This document shows positions 49,959-58,830 of a stretch of DNA of 64,000 nucleotides, piece after piece. Under the pieces are notes generated by a model that was given only the letters and a program-made list of their open reading frames with translations, had not been told where the DNA came from and did not search any database. How positions within the stretch are numbered: the first letter of the stretch is position 1; the number at the start of each line of letters is the position of its first letter. A program made the position numbers and the translations under genes. Source of the stretch: Candidatus Omnitrophota bacterium (lineage in GTDB: Bacteria; Omnitrophota; Gorgyraeia; Gorgyraeales; Gorgyraeaceae); contig JAUSEX010000040.1 of NCBI GenBank assembly GCA_030649895.1, positions 16,839 through 80,838 on the forward strand, written 5' to 3'.

Positions 49959-50999
49959 ATGGATATAAAGCCTAAAGACGATAGAGAGCGGTTAATCATC
50001 GGCCAGGAAGCAGAGGAAGAAGCGGTGTTTAATATATCGCTCCGGCCTGAGAGTTTAAAACATTTTGTAGGCCAGAAACATGTAATTGATAATGTTAATA
50101 TCGCGATAAAGGCGGCTAAGAAAAGAAAGGAAGGGCTTGAGCATATTTTACTTTCCGGGCCCCCTGGGCTAGGCAAGACTACGCTTGCTCATATAATAAG
50201 CCATGAGATGGATTCCAAGATTACCGCCACGTCAGGCCCTGCAATAGAGAGGGCCGGGGATCTCATAGGCATCCTTACTAATCTCGGCGAGGGCGATATA
50301 CTTTTTATTGACGAGATACACAGGCTTTCAAAGGTCGTGGAGGAGTTCATATATCCAGCAATGGAAAATTATCAGATAGATTTTCTTATAGATAAAGGCC
50401 CTTACGCGAAGACTATAAAGTTTAACCTGAAAAGATTTACGCTTATCGGAGCTACAACCCGCGCAGGATTATTGAGCGCGCCTTTAAGGGGCAGGTTCGG
50501 TATGTTTTACCACCTTGAGTTTTACGAGGCGGAGGACCTCGTGAAAATAATAGAGCGGTCTAGCGAGCTTTTAAGCATACCTCTTGATAAAGACGCAGCC
50601 TGGGAGATCGCCAGTCGTTCGCGAGGCACGCCCCGCGTAGCCAACAGGCTATTGAGAAGGGTCAGGGATTACAGCGAAGTGAATGGCAATAAGAAGATAG
50701 ATAAAGAGATTGCCATAGCGGGCCTTGCGTCTCACAGGATAGATAGCGCGGGACTGGACGATATAGACAGGAAAGTCATAAAGGCGATAATCGATTTTTA
50801 CGACGGCGGGCCAGTGGGCATCGAATCTCTTGCGGCAACCTTGAATGAAGAGAGCGATACTATAGTGGATGTGGTGGAGCCGTTTTTATTGAAGATAGGA
50901 TTTCTGAAACGTACGCCAAGAGGCAGGGAAGTTACGAAACTGGCGTATGATCATTTGAAGATAGCGTATAAGAAAGAGAGCCAAAAAGAGCTGTTTTAA
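49959..50999 (+). CDS. ruvB: Holliday junction helicase RuvB
   Basis: LRP.SL..FVGQ, GPPGLGKTTLA, RGTPRVANRLLRRVRD, RTPRGR. Confidence 0.97.
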   Translation: MDIKPKDDRERLIIGQEAEEEAVFNISLRPESLKHFVGQKHVIDNVNIAIKAAKKRKEGLEHILLSGPPGLGKTTLAHIISHEMDSKITATSGPAIERAGDLIGILTNLGEGDILFIDEIHRLSKVVEEFIYPAMENYQIDFLIDKGPYAKTIKFNLKRFTLIGATTRAGLLSAPLRGRFGMFYHLEFYEAEDLVKIIERSSELLSIPLDKDAAWEIASRSRGTPRVANRLLRRVRDYSEVNGNKKIDKEIAIAGLASHRIDSAGLDDIDRKVIKAIIDFYDGGPVGIESLAATLNEESDTIVDVVEPFLLKIGFLKRTPRGREVTKLAYDHLKIAYKKESQKELF

Positions 51000-51000
51000 A

Positions 51001-51768
51001 ATGGCGTCATTCAAAGCTATGATAGAAATTATAAATCTTTCCAAGTCATTTGCCAGGTCAAAAGTTTTGGATAGCCTGAACCTTATCATAAATTCAGGCG
51101 AGATTATTGTTATAATAGGCCGCTCAGGCTGCGGCAAGAGCGTGCTTCTGAAGCACATAATAGGTCTCATGAGGCCTGACACGGGCCAGGTCATTGTAGA
51201 CGGGAATGACATGACAAGGCTTGAAGAACATGAGATGGATAAGATCAGGCTGAGTTTTGGCATGCTTTTTCAGGGCGCGGCCTTATTTGATTCCATGACA
51301 GTGGGCGAAAACGTGGGGTTTACATTGAGAGAGCATACTGATACGCCTGAAAAAGATATTCAGAAAAAGGTGGCTACTTCTCTGGAGCTTGTAGGGCTGA
51401 AGGGCATAGAAAAGCTTATGCCAGCTGAACTGAGCGGAGGTATGAAAAAAAGGGTGGGGCTCGCGCGCGCGATTTGCAATAATCCAAAAATTATATTATA
51501 CGATGAGCCTACCACGGGATTGGACCCGATAATGGCTGATGCTATAAACGAGCTCATTGTAGATTTGAATAATAAATTGAAAGTGACGTCCATAGTGGTT
51601 ACCCATGATATGGTTAGCGCTTTTAAAATAGCTGACAGGATTGCGATGTTATACAAAGGAAAGATTATAACAATAGGCACCCCTGATAATATTAAGGGCA
51701 CAAAAGATCCTATAGTGAAACAATTTATAACGGGGGCGGCAAAGGGCCCGATAACTGAAGATGCGTAA
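51001..51768 (+). CDS. mlaF: MlaF-family ABC ATPase
   Basis: GRSGCGKS, FQGAALFDSMTVGENV, LSGGMKKRVGLARA, YDEPTTGLDP. Confidence 0.9.
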   Translation: MASFKAMIEIINLSKSFARSKVLDSLNLIINSGEIIVIIGRSGCGKSVLLKHIIGLMRPDTGQVIVDGNDMTRLEEHEMDKIRLSFGMLFQGAALFDSMTVGENVGFTLREHTDTPEKDIQKKVATSLELVGLKGIEKLMPAELSGGMKKRVGLARAICNNPKIILYDEPTTGLDPIMADAINELIVDLNNKLKVTSIVVTHDMVSAFKIADRIAMLYKGKIITIGTPDNIKGTKDPIVKQFITGAAKGPITEDA

Positions 51769-51804
51769 TAATCGCGGAACTATGCGGAAGCGTAATTTCG
51801 CGAT
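51766..51804. repeat. Hairpin repeat family C, copy 2
   Basis: ATCGCGGAACTATGC-GGAA-GCGTAATTTCGCGAT. Confidence 0.7.
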
Positions 51805-51830
51805 AGCATGCAATATAAGGAGGTAGCCAA

Positions 51831-52562
51831 ATGCTTACAAAGATGAATTTTGAGTTGAAGGTGGGCATATTTATTTTCATAGGGATAGTGATACTTTCTG
51901 TAATAGTATTTTCTATAGGAAATTTTTACAGCGTTAAGCGCGGATATAACATGAATGTGGTTTTCAGTTTTGCGAACGGTATCGGCGTAGGCGCGCCCGT
52001 GCGTTATTCAGGGGTACAGGTGGGAGAGGTGCAGGATATAAAGGTTTATTTTGACGAAAAGGAAAATAAACCTCTTGTCAGGTTAAATATCTGGGTGTCC
52101 CAGAATACCTGGATTAATGAAAACGCAAATGCGTCTATCAATACGCTCGGGCTTTTAGGAGAAAAATATCTGGAAATATTTCCAGGCACCAGGGATACGA
52201 GGCTTTTGCAGAAGGGCGATACATTGAGAGGAAACGACCCGGTGTCCACGGAAGAACTCACCAGATCCACAAAAGAACTTATAGAAAAATTAGGAATCCT
52301 TACGGAGTCCGTTAATAAGATTGCAGGAGACGAGGCCCTGAGAGCGTCTTTAAAAAATATTTTTAGCAATATGGAGGCGTTGAGCGGAGACCTGAGGGAT
52401 TTTTTATCTTACGCAAAGCAGGGCAAGGGCACGGTCGGAAGGCTTATGTCGGATGACACACTGTACAAACATATTGATGAGATGATCCTTGATATAAAAG
52501 AGCATCCTTGGAAACTTTTATTCAAGCCGTCTGAGCCAAGAGATAGCAAGAAAAAGAGATAG
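51831..52562 (+). CDS. mlaD: MlaD/MCE-domain protein
   Basis: KVGIF, F..A.GI.VGAPVRYSGVQVGEV, GLLGEKYLEI.PG. Confidence 0.9.
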   Translation: MLTKMNFELKVGIFIFIGIVILSVIVFSIGNFYSVKRGYNMNVVFSFANGIGVGAPVRYSGVQVGEVQDIKVYFDEKENKPLVRLNIWVSQNTWINENANASINTLGLLGEKYLEIFPGTRDTRLLQKGDTLRGNDPVSTEELTRSTKELIEKLGILTESVNKIAGDEALRASLKNIFSNMEALSGDLRDFLSYAKQGKGTVGRLMSDDTLYKHIDEMILDIKEHPWKLLFKPSEPRDSKKKR

Positions 52563-52572
52563 GAGAAACGAA

Positions 52573-53589
52573 ATGACTCTAATATTTATACGTATTTTTT
52601 TTGTTGTACTTAGCGTGATAATAGGTTTTCAGATAGGTTCTTTTGTCCAGGTAGGCGGGGCTGATTTCAGCGTGCTTGGCGCATTGATAGGTTTTTTAAT
52701 AGCGGCGCTTATAATTATTCTTGAATTCACGATGAGGAAGGTTTCAGTGAGAGGGCTTTCGTCAGCTGTCTTCGGGCTGCTCTTTGGGCTGATAATGGCG
52801 AAGCTGGTATCCGACACCCTGGCGCTTATCTCCCTGGACAAGAATATGGTGTATTCCTTGCGCGTTGTCCTGACGCTTATATTCTGCTATCTTGGCATGA
52901 TCATGGCAATGCGCGGCAGGGACGAGTTCAATATAATAGTCCCCTATGTCAAATTTTCAAGACAGGACCAGAAGGATGAAATGATACTTCTGGATACAAG
53001 CGTTATTATAGACGGCAGGATTGCGGATATATGCAAGACAGGTTTTCTGGACGGGAAATTTATAGTACCGCGGTTTGTATTAAAGGAATTGCAGCAGATA
53101 GCTGATTCTGCGGATTCCCTTAAGCGGGAAAGGGGCAGGAGAGGCCTGGATATACTGGGTAAACTCCAGAAAAATACTAACATAGATGTTAAGATACACA
53201 ATGACGATTTTCCCGATATAAAAGAGGTCGATCTGAAGCTTGTAAAGCTCGCCAAGGTGCTTAGCGCGAAGATATTTACAAACGACTATAACCTGAATAA
53301 GGTTTCAGAAATACAGGGTATAAGGGTTTTAAATGTAAATGAACTTGCGAATGCCCTGAGGCCAGTGGTCCTTCCGGGAGAAATAATCGAGACGAGGCTT
53401 ATCAAAGAAGGTAAGGAGTATAACCAGGGAGTCGGGTATCTGGAAGACGGCACAATGATAGTCGTGGATAACGGCAGGAGATTGATAGGCCAGAACGTAA
53501 ATTTGGTAGTAGGCAGCGTGCTCCAGACAGCAGCCGGCAGGATGATATTTGGAAAATTACCAGACGATAACAAGAGAAATAATAAATGA
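52573..53589 (+). CDS. Membrane PIN/TRAM domain protein (YacL-like)
   Basis: LDTSVIIDGRI, RGRRGLDIL, TNDYNLNKV, QGVGYLEDGTMIVV, QTAAGRMIF. Confidence 0.92.
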   Translation: MTLIFIRIFFVVLSVIIGFQIGSFVQVGGADFSVLGALIGFLIAALIIILEFTMRKVSVRGLSSAVFGLLFGLIMAKLVSDTLALISLDKNMVYSLRVVLTLIFCYLGMIMAMRGRDEFNIIVPYVKFSRQDQKDEMILLDTSVIIDGRIADICKTGFLDGKFIVPRFVLKELQQIADSADSLKRERGRRGLDILGKLQKNTNIDVKIHNDDFPDIKEVDLKLVKLAKVLSAKIFTNDYNLNKVSEIQGIRVLNVNELANALRPVVLPGEIIETRLIKEGKEYNQGVGYLEDGTMIVVDNGRRLIGQNVNLVVGSVLQTAAGRMIFGKLPDDNKRNNK

Positions 53590-54272
53590 GAGTAGCAGCT
53601 ATTGTCCCTGCAGCAGGCGTAGGCGCCAGATTAAAATCAAGGATACAAAAACCTTATATAGATCTTTGCGCTAAGCCGATACTTGCCCACACCTTAATAG
53701 CGCTTTCCGGAAATAAAAATATTGCCGAAATACTGGTAGCTGTAGAAAAAAACAAAGTAAATAAAGCTCAAAGAGAAATAATAAAAAGATACGGCATTAA
53801 AAAAACAAGGCTGGTAATAGGCGGCAAGGAGCGCAGCGATTCTGTTTATAATGCGTTAAAGGCCGTTTCAAAAAACGTAGATTATATTTTAATCCACGAT
53901 GGCATAAGGCCTTTTATCACAGATAAGCTTATCGAAGCCCTGTTGAAAGAGGTATCCAGGTCCGGCGCAGTAATCGCAGCTGTGCCCGTGAAACCTACTT
54001 TGAAATTTGTAGGCCGGGGCGGGCTTATCAAGAGCACCCCTTCCAGAAAATATTTCTGGGAGGCGCAAACGCCCCAGGTTTTCAGGAGAAGCCTCATAGA
54101 AAAGGCGTACCGGATAGCCAGGCAGAAAAATATTAAAGCCACGGATGATTCCATGCTTGTGGAAAAAATAGGCGCGAAGACGAAGATTGTCATGGGCTCT
54201 TACAGTAATATAAAAATTACCACAAAAGAGGATTTAGAGTTGGCGAAAATAATTATTAAAAGACATAGATGA
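53586..54272 (+). CDS. ispD: 2-C-methyl-D-erythritol 4-phosphate cytidylyltransferase
   Basis: PAAG.G.R, GG.ERSDSV, IHDG.RPF, QTPQ.F, TDDS, NIKITT.EDL. Confidence 0.95.
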   Translation: MRVAAIVPAAGVGARLKSRIQKPYIDLCAKPILAHTLIALSGNKNIAEILVAVEKNKVNKAQREIIKRYGIKKTRLVIGGKERSDSVYNALKAVSKNVDYILIHDGIRPFITDKLIEALLKEVSRSGAVIAAVPVKPTLKFVGRGGLIKSTPSRKYFWEAQTPQVFRRSLIEKAYRIARQKNIKATDDSMLVEKIGAKTKIVMGSYSNIKITTKEDLELAKIIIKRHR

Positions 54273-54279
54273 GGTGTTT

Positions 54280-54747
54280 ATGCGAGTAGGCATCGGTTAT
54301 GATATTCACAGGCTTGTGGAAGGCAAGCCGCTTATGCTGGGAGGCGTTGAGATACCGCATATAAAAGGGTTGGAAGGGCATTCTGACGGAGATGCGCTTC
54401 TCCACGCAATATGCGACGCGATTTTAGGGGCAGCTGGCCTGGATGACATAGGCTATCAATTTCCCGTGAATGATAACAGGTATTTAAATATATCAAGTTT
54501 AGAGCTTTTAAAAGAGGTTTCAGAAAAAATAAATAAGAAAGGCTTCAAGGTGGAATATGTGGATTCCGTGATTATACTGGAAGAGCCAAAGATAGCGCCT
54601 TTCAAGGATAATATGAAAAGAGAGATTGCGGCTGCGCTGGGCATCGGCGTTGATGTCATAAGCGTAAAAGCCACTACCCAGGAGGGCGTTGGCGCGATAG
54701 GAAGAGGCGAAGCGCTCGCAGCGTACGCAGTCGCGTGCCTGGTTTAA
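54280..54747 (+). CDS. ispF: 2-C-methyl-D-erythritol 2,4-cyclodiphosphate synthase
   Basis: RVGIGYDIH, GHSDGD..LHAI.DAILGA...DIG, VKATT.EG. Confidence 0.96.
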   Translation: MRVGIGYDIHRLVEGKPLMLGGVEIPHIKGLEGHSDGDALLHAICDAILGAAGLDDIGYQFPVNDNRYLNISSLELLKEVSEKINKKGFKVEYVDSVIILEEPKIAPFKDNMKREIAAALGIGVDVISVKATTQEGVGAIGRGEALAAYAVACLV

Positions 54748-54750
54748 CCT

Positions 54751-54796
54751 ATCCGACTCCGTGAGTCGCCGTGCACGGCGACTCACGGAGTCGGAT
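54751..54796. repeat. Perfect 46-bp palindrome (family B, copy 4)
   Basis: ATCCGACTCCGTGAGTCGCCGTG|CACGGCGACTCACGGAGTCGGAT. Confidence 0.9.
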
Positions 54797-54806
54797 GGAG
54801 GTTTGC

Positions 54807-56225
54807 GTGAGTATAAAGATATATAACACCCTTACAAGAAAAAAAGAAGAATTCCAGCCTATTAAAAAAGGCGAGGTTGGCATGTATGTCTGCGGGCCCA
54901 CTGTTTACGATGTTCCGCATATAGGACACGCTAGAAGCGCTTATGCGTTTGATGTTGTCCGCCGTTATTTTATATATAGAGGATACAAGGTTAAATTTGT
55001 CAGGAACGTGACAGATGTAGACGATAAAATAATAAATAAGGCAAAAGAGGAATTCAAGGGAGAGGATTTGAACGGCGCGATAAAAAAAGTTTCCGATAAA
55101 TACCTTAAGGTCTATCACGAGTATATGAAAAAGCTCGGGATCATGAGCCCTGACAGAGAGCCCAAGGCCACAGAATATATAGAAAAGATGATAGATTTTA
55201 TAAAGATATTGATTGAGCGCGAAGTGGCTTATGCGTCTGGCGGCGATGTGTATTTTGAGGTGCGGAAAGTCAATGGTTATGGAAAATTATCTAACCAGAG
55301 CTTCGAGATGCTGGAATCAGGCGCAAGGATCGTTTCCGGGGAGAACAAGAAAGACCAGCTGGATTTTGCCTTATGGAAGTCTGCAAAAGAGGGCGAGTCT
55401 TCGTGGCAAAGCCCTTGGGGAAACGGCAGGCCGGGATGGCACATAGAATGCTCGGTAATGAGTTCTGATATTTTAGGGGGAGAGTTTGACATACACGGAG
55501 GAGGCATAGACCTGGTTTTTCCTCATCACGAAAATGAAGTTGCGCAGTCAGAAGGCGCAGGCAATAAATTCGCGCGTTACTGGATACATAACGGCCTTTT
55601 GACTATCAATAAAGAAAAGATGGCCAAGTCGCTCGGGAATTTTATTACCATGGAAGAAGTGTTAAAAAAGTATTCTCCCGACGCGCTCAAGCTTTTATTT
55701 TTAAAAACACATTATGCGCATCCGGTAGATTTTTCTTGGGAAAGAATGGAAGAGGCGAAGAAAGCGGTGGAGAGATTTAAGATACTATTTGATAAGATAG
55801 GTAGGCTCAAGGCTGAAGGCTCAAGGCTGAAGGCAGATTTCATGGAGCCCAGAGACTTAAACCTGGAGCCGGATATTAATTCTTTTCGCGTAAAATTTGA
55901 AAGCGCAATGGATGATGATTTCAATACAGCGGAGGCGCTGGCGGCGTTGTTTGATCTGGTGACATATATAAACAAGCAGGCGCCAGGGTCGAGTTATGCA
56001 AAAGATATTCTGATCGAGCTGGGGAAGGTATTCGGATTATTTGAGCATAAGGCCGAAGGCATAGATTCTTCAAAAAAAGCAGAGATAGAAAATCTTATTA
56101 ACTTAAGAAACGCGGCAAGAAAAAATAAAGATTTTAAAGAAGCTGACAGGATAAGGGATAAACTGAGCGATATAGGGATTGCAATAGAGGATCAGAAAGG
56201 CGAAACAACCTGGAGATTGAAATAA
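54807..56225 (+). CDS. cysS: Cysteine--tRNA ligase
   Basis: YVCGPTVYD..HIGHAR, GRPGWHIECS, FPHHENE, KMAKS; GGAGG before GTG 54807. Confidence 0.97.
   Translation: MSIKIYNTLTRKKEEFQPIKKGEVGMYVCGPTVYDVPHIGHARSAYAFDVVRRYFIYRGYKVKFVRNVTDVDDKIINKAKEEFKGEDLNGAIKKVSDKYLKVYHEYMKKLGIMSPDREPKATEYIEKMIDFIKILIEREVAYASGGDVYFEVRKVNGYGKLSNQSFEMLESGARIVSGENKKDQLDFALWKSAKEGESSWQSPWGNGRPGWHIECSVMSSDILGGEFDIHGGGIDLVFPHHENEVAQSEGAGNKFARYWIHNGLLTINKEKMAKSLGNFITMEEVLKKYSPDALKLLFLKTHYAHPVDFSWERMEEAKKAVERFKILFDKIGRLKAEGSRLKADFMEPRDLNLEPDINSFRVKFESAMDDDFNTAEALAALFDLVTYINKQAPGSSYAKDILIELGKVFGLFEHKAEGIDSSKKAEIENLINLRNAARKNKDFKEADRIRDKLSDIGIAIEDQKGETTWRLK
55803..55834. repeat. Heptamer repeat in-frame in cysS
   Basis: aggctca aggctga aggctca aggctga aggc (RLKAEGSRLKA), reverse complement of the CCTTCAG unit. 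Confidence 0.75.
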
Positions 56226-56267
56226 ATAATCCCTGGGCAGGCCTTAAAGAAAAGCGTTACCAGGAAA

Positions 56268-56335
56268 ATAGGGACAGCGACCATTTTTTGTTGTCCTTTG
56301 TTTTTTAATTTTAAAAAAATGGTCGCTGTCCCTAT
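56268..56335. repeat. Long inverted repeat (family A, copy 2)
   Basis: ATAGGGACAGCGACCATTTTTT / AAAAAATGGTCGCTGTCCCTAT. Confidence 0.85.
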
Positions 56336-56459
56336 ATACCAGAAATTTTTATGTCGTCAAGACTACTTTCGGTATAAAAAATTAGCCGTAAACCGTAGCG
56401 GACGGCAAAACTATTTCAGCGCCGAATGGCCCAAGCCCGCTCCAGAACATAGGAGCTAC

Positions 56460-57080
56460 ATGTTGAAACGCGGATTATTCATAACATTCGAAGGGCCCGA
56501 AGGAAGCGGGAAGACAACGCACGCTAAGTTGCTGTGCGAATTTTTGCGCAAAAAGGGTTTTAGGGTTTTGCATACGCGCGAACCAGGTGGCACATCGATA
56601 AGCGAGAAGATACGCAAAATTCTTCTGGACCCCAAAAATAAAGGCATGGATGTGGGATGCGAAATGCTTCTGTATATGGCAGCCAGGGCTCAAATAGTAG
56701 AACAGGAAATTTTACCGGCGCTTGAACAGGGCAGGATAGTTGTATGCGACAGGTTTACAGACGCTACCCTCGCTTATCAGGGATATGCCGGAGGCATGAG
56801 CCTGAAAGTGATAGAAAACATAGCGGGTATTGTCACAAAAGGACTTAAGCCCGACATTACATTTTTGCTGGATATAGACGCCAGGCTGGGGCTTTTAAGG
56901 GCCGGCAGGTCCAAAGACAGGATGGAGAGAAAATCCATCTTTTATCATAATAAAGTAAGAAACGGCTATCTTTCTATTGCAAGAAAAGAACCCGGGAGAG
57001 TAAAAGCGCTGTCTTCAACCGGCGAAATAAACGTGACTCAGGAAGAGATCAGAAAGGCTGCTCTAAAGATATGCCGCTAA
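56460..57080 (+). CDS. tmk: Thymidylate kinase
   Basis: FITFEGPEGSGKTT, REPGGT, CDRF.DAT.AYQG; AGGAG RBS. Confidence 0.96.
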   Translation: MLKRGLFITFEGPEGSGKTTHAKLLCEFLRKKGFRVLHTREPGGTSISEKIRKILLDPKNKGMDVGCEMLLYMAARAQIVEQEILPALEQGRIVVCDRFTDATLAYQGYAGGMSLKVIENIAGIVTKGLKPDITFLLDIDARLGLLRAGRSKDRMERKSIFYHNKVRNGYLSIARKEPGRVKALSSTGEINVTQEEIRKAALKICR

Positions 57081-58042
57081 GAGATATAATAGGCCAGGAC
57101 AACGCTATAAGGATATTAAAAAGCATGCTCGGCAAGGAAGATATAAACGGCGCATATCTTTTTTCAGGGCCCAAGGGCGTGGGAAAGCGTACCGCCGGCG
57201 TAGAGTTTGCCAAGGCTATAAATTGCGCTAAATTAGAGCCGGATGCGTGCGGAGAATGCGTTTCATGCAGCAAAATAGATTCTATGAATCACCCTGATCT
57301 GTTTATTATACAGAAAGAGGAAGAATCCCGTTTTATCAAGATAGACATGATAAGGGATATTATCTATCAGGCGAGCCTGAAACCGTATGAGGCCAGGAAA
57401 AAGATTTTTATAATAGCTGAAGCGGAGGATATGAACGAGGAATCGCAGAATGCGCTTCTAAAGATACTGGAAGAACCCCGCGAGAACCAGATATTTATAT
57501 TGACCACTTCGCGCGTTTCCGGAATATTGCCTACGGTTTTTTCCAGATGCAAGGCTGTGAAGTTCAATCTTTTGAGCCAGGCCGGGATTCAGGAGATTCT
57601 CATAGGGAGAAAAGGTTTTAATGAGGAAGAAGCGGTTTTATTTTCGCATATGGCCCTTGGCAGCCCGGGCAGGGCGATAGCCTTTAAAGAAAACGATGAA
57701 ATCAGTGAGCGCGACAGGATGTTGAACGACTTCTTTTTTAGAAAGCGGGCGATATTCAGAGAAGAGGTATGCGACGAGAGAAAATATAACGACCTGGACG
57801 AGTCGCTTGGCATGCTTTTGTCCTGGTACAGGGATTTATTGGTCTCAAAATTTACAGAAGACAGGGATATCTTCCTGAATGTAGACAGGATAGAAGAGAT
57901 ATTTTCTTATTCTGCTAGATTTTCCGCAGATAAGCTTGAGAGGGATATATCCAGCGTTATGAAGGCTATAAATTATTTAAGAAGAAACGTAAATCCAAAG
58001 ATGGCGCTTTTTAATATGGCGCTTGAGCTAGAAAGGCAATAA
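57071..58042 (+). CDS. holB: DNA polymerase III subunit delta'
   Basis: AYLFSGP.GVGK, CG.C.SC, HPD, QNALLK.LEEP, LPT..SRC. Confidence 0.93.
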   Translation: MPLRDIIGQDNAIRILKSMLGKEDINGAYLFSGPKGVGKRTAGVEFAKAINCAKLEPDACGECVSCSKIDSMNHPDLFIIQKEEESRFIKIDMIRDIIYQASLKPYEARKKIFIIAEAEDMNEESQNALLKILEEPRENQIFILTTSRVSGILPTVFSRCKAVKFNLLSQAGIQEILIGRKGFNEEEAVLFSHMALGSPGRAIAFKENDEISERDRMLNDFFFRKRAIFREEVCDERKYNDLDESLGMLLSWYRDLLVSKFTEDRDIFLNVDRIEEIFSYSARFSADKLERDISSVMKAINYLRRNVNPKMALFNMALELERQ

Positions 58043-58044
58043 CT

Positions 58045-58830
58045 ATGCGCGGAATTATAGAGGTAAGGATAAGGGAATCCGGAAATATAGTATTTTATGA
58101 TTCAAATGGCTTGCAGGCAAAGGTGGGCGGTTATGTGATAATAGACGCTGAAAGAGGCCAGGATTACGCTCAGGTTATAGGTATCCCCGAAAAGATCTCG
58201 GAGGCGGAGCCTAAAGGGCCTTTAAAGAAAATAATACGCGTCGCTACCCAGGAAGACGTAAATCAGATAAATGATAACAAGAAACGCACGAAAGATACAT
58301 TCCAGATATGCGCGAAGAAGATACAGGAACACAAGCTGGAAATGAAGCTTATTGACGCCGAGTATTCTTTTGACGGCACGAAGCTAATTTTTTATTTTAC
58401 TTCCGAAGACAGGGTGGATTTCAGGGAACTCGTAAAGGATCTGGCGCATGTCTTCAAGGTCAGGATAGAGCTGAAGCAGATAGGCGTCAGGGATGAGGCA
58501 AGGATGCTGGGCGGGTTCGGGCATTGCGGGCGGGCTCTATGCTGCGCCAGTTTTTTAAAAGGTTTTGACGCGGTTACCATAAGGATGGCGAAAGAGCAAA
58601 ATCTGTCTTTGAATCCTACCAAGATTTCAGGCGTGTGCGGAAGGCTTATGTGCTGTCTTTCTTACGAATACGAGAGTTATAAAAAATATCTGAAAGGCCT
58701 TCCGAAAGAAGGAGAGAAAATAACGTTACCTGAGGGAAAAGGCAAGGTTGTAAGCGTGAATGCGTTAAAACGCAAGGTCATGGTAGAGCTTGAAGAAGGA
58801 AAACACATAGAACTGGATTACAATAAATGA
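58045..58830 (+). CDS. PSP1/RicT (YaaT) family protein
   Basis: RVDFRELVKDL, QIGVRDEA, CGR.LCC, MAKEQNLSLNP.KISG.CGRLMCCL. Confidence 0.92.
   Translation: MRGIIEVRIRESGNIVFYDSNGLQAKVGGYVIIDAERGQDYAQVIGIPEKISEAEPKGPLKKIIRVATQEDVNQINDNKKRTKDTFQICAKKIQEHKLEMKLIDAEYSFDGTKLIFYFTSEDRVDFRELVKDLAHVFKVRIELKQIGVRDEARMLGGFGHCGRALCCASFLKGFDAVTIRMAKEQNLSLNPTKISGVCGRLMCCLSYEYESYKKYLKGLPKEGEKITLPEGKGKVVSVNALKRKVMVELEEGKHIELDYNK

Noticed and set aside
25453-54796. Palindrome family B as CRISPR repeats
   Set aside because: Copies are kilobases apart, with no regular spacers and no cas genes
56336-56455. tRNA or other ncRNA between cysS and tmk
   Set aside because: No cloverleaf, T-loop (GTTCGA) or CCA signature
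56298-56459. N-terminal extension of tmk (likewise lnt from 36552, cysS from 54771, CPBP from 62399)
   Set aside because: These upstream starts lie within repeat elements; more plausible starts exist downstream
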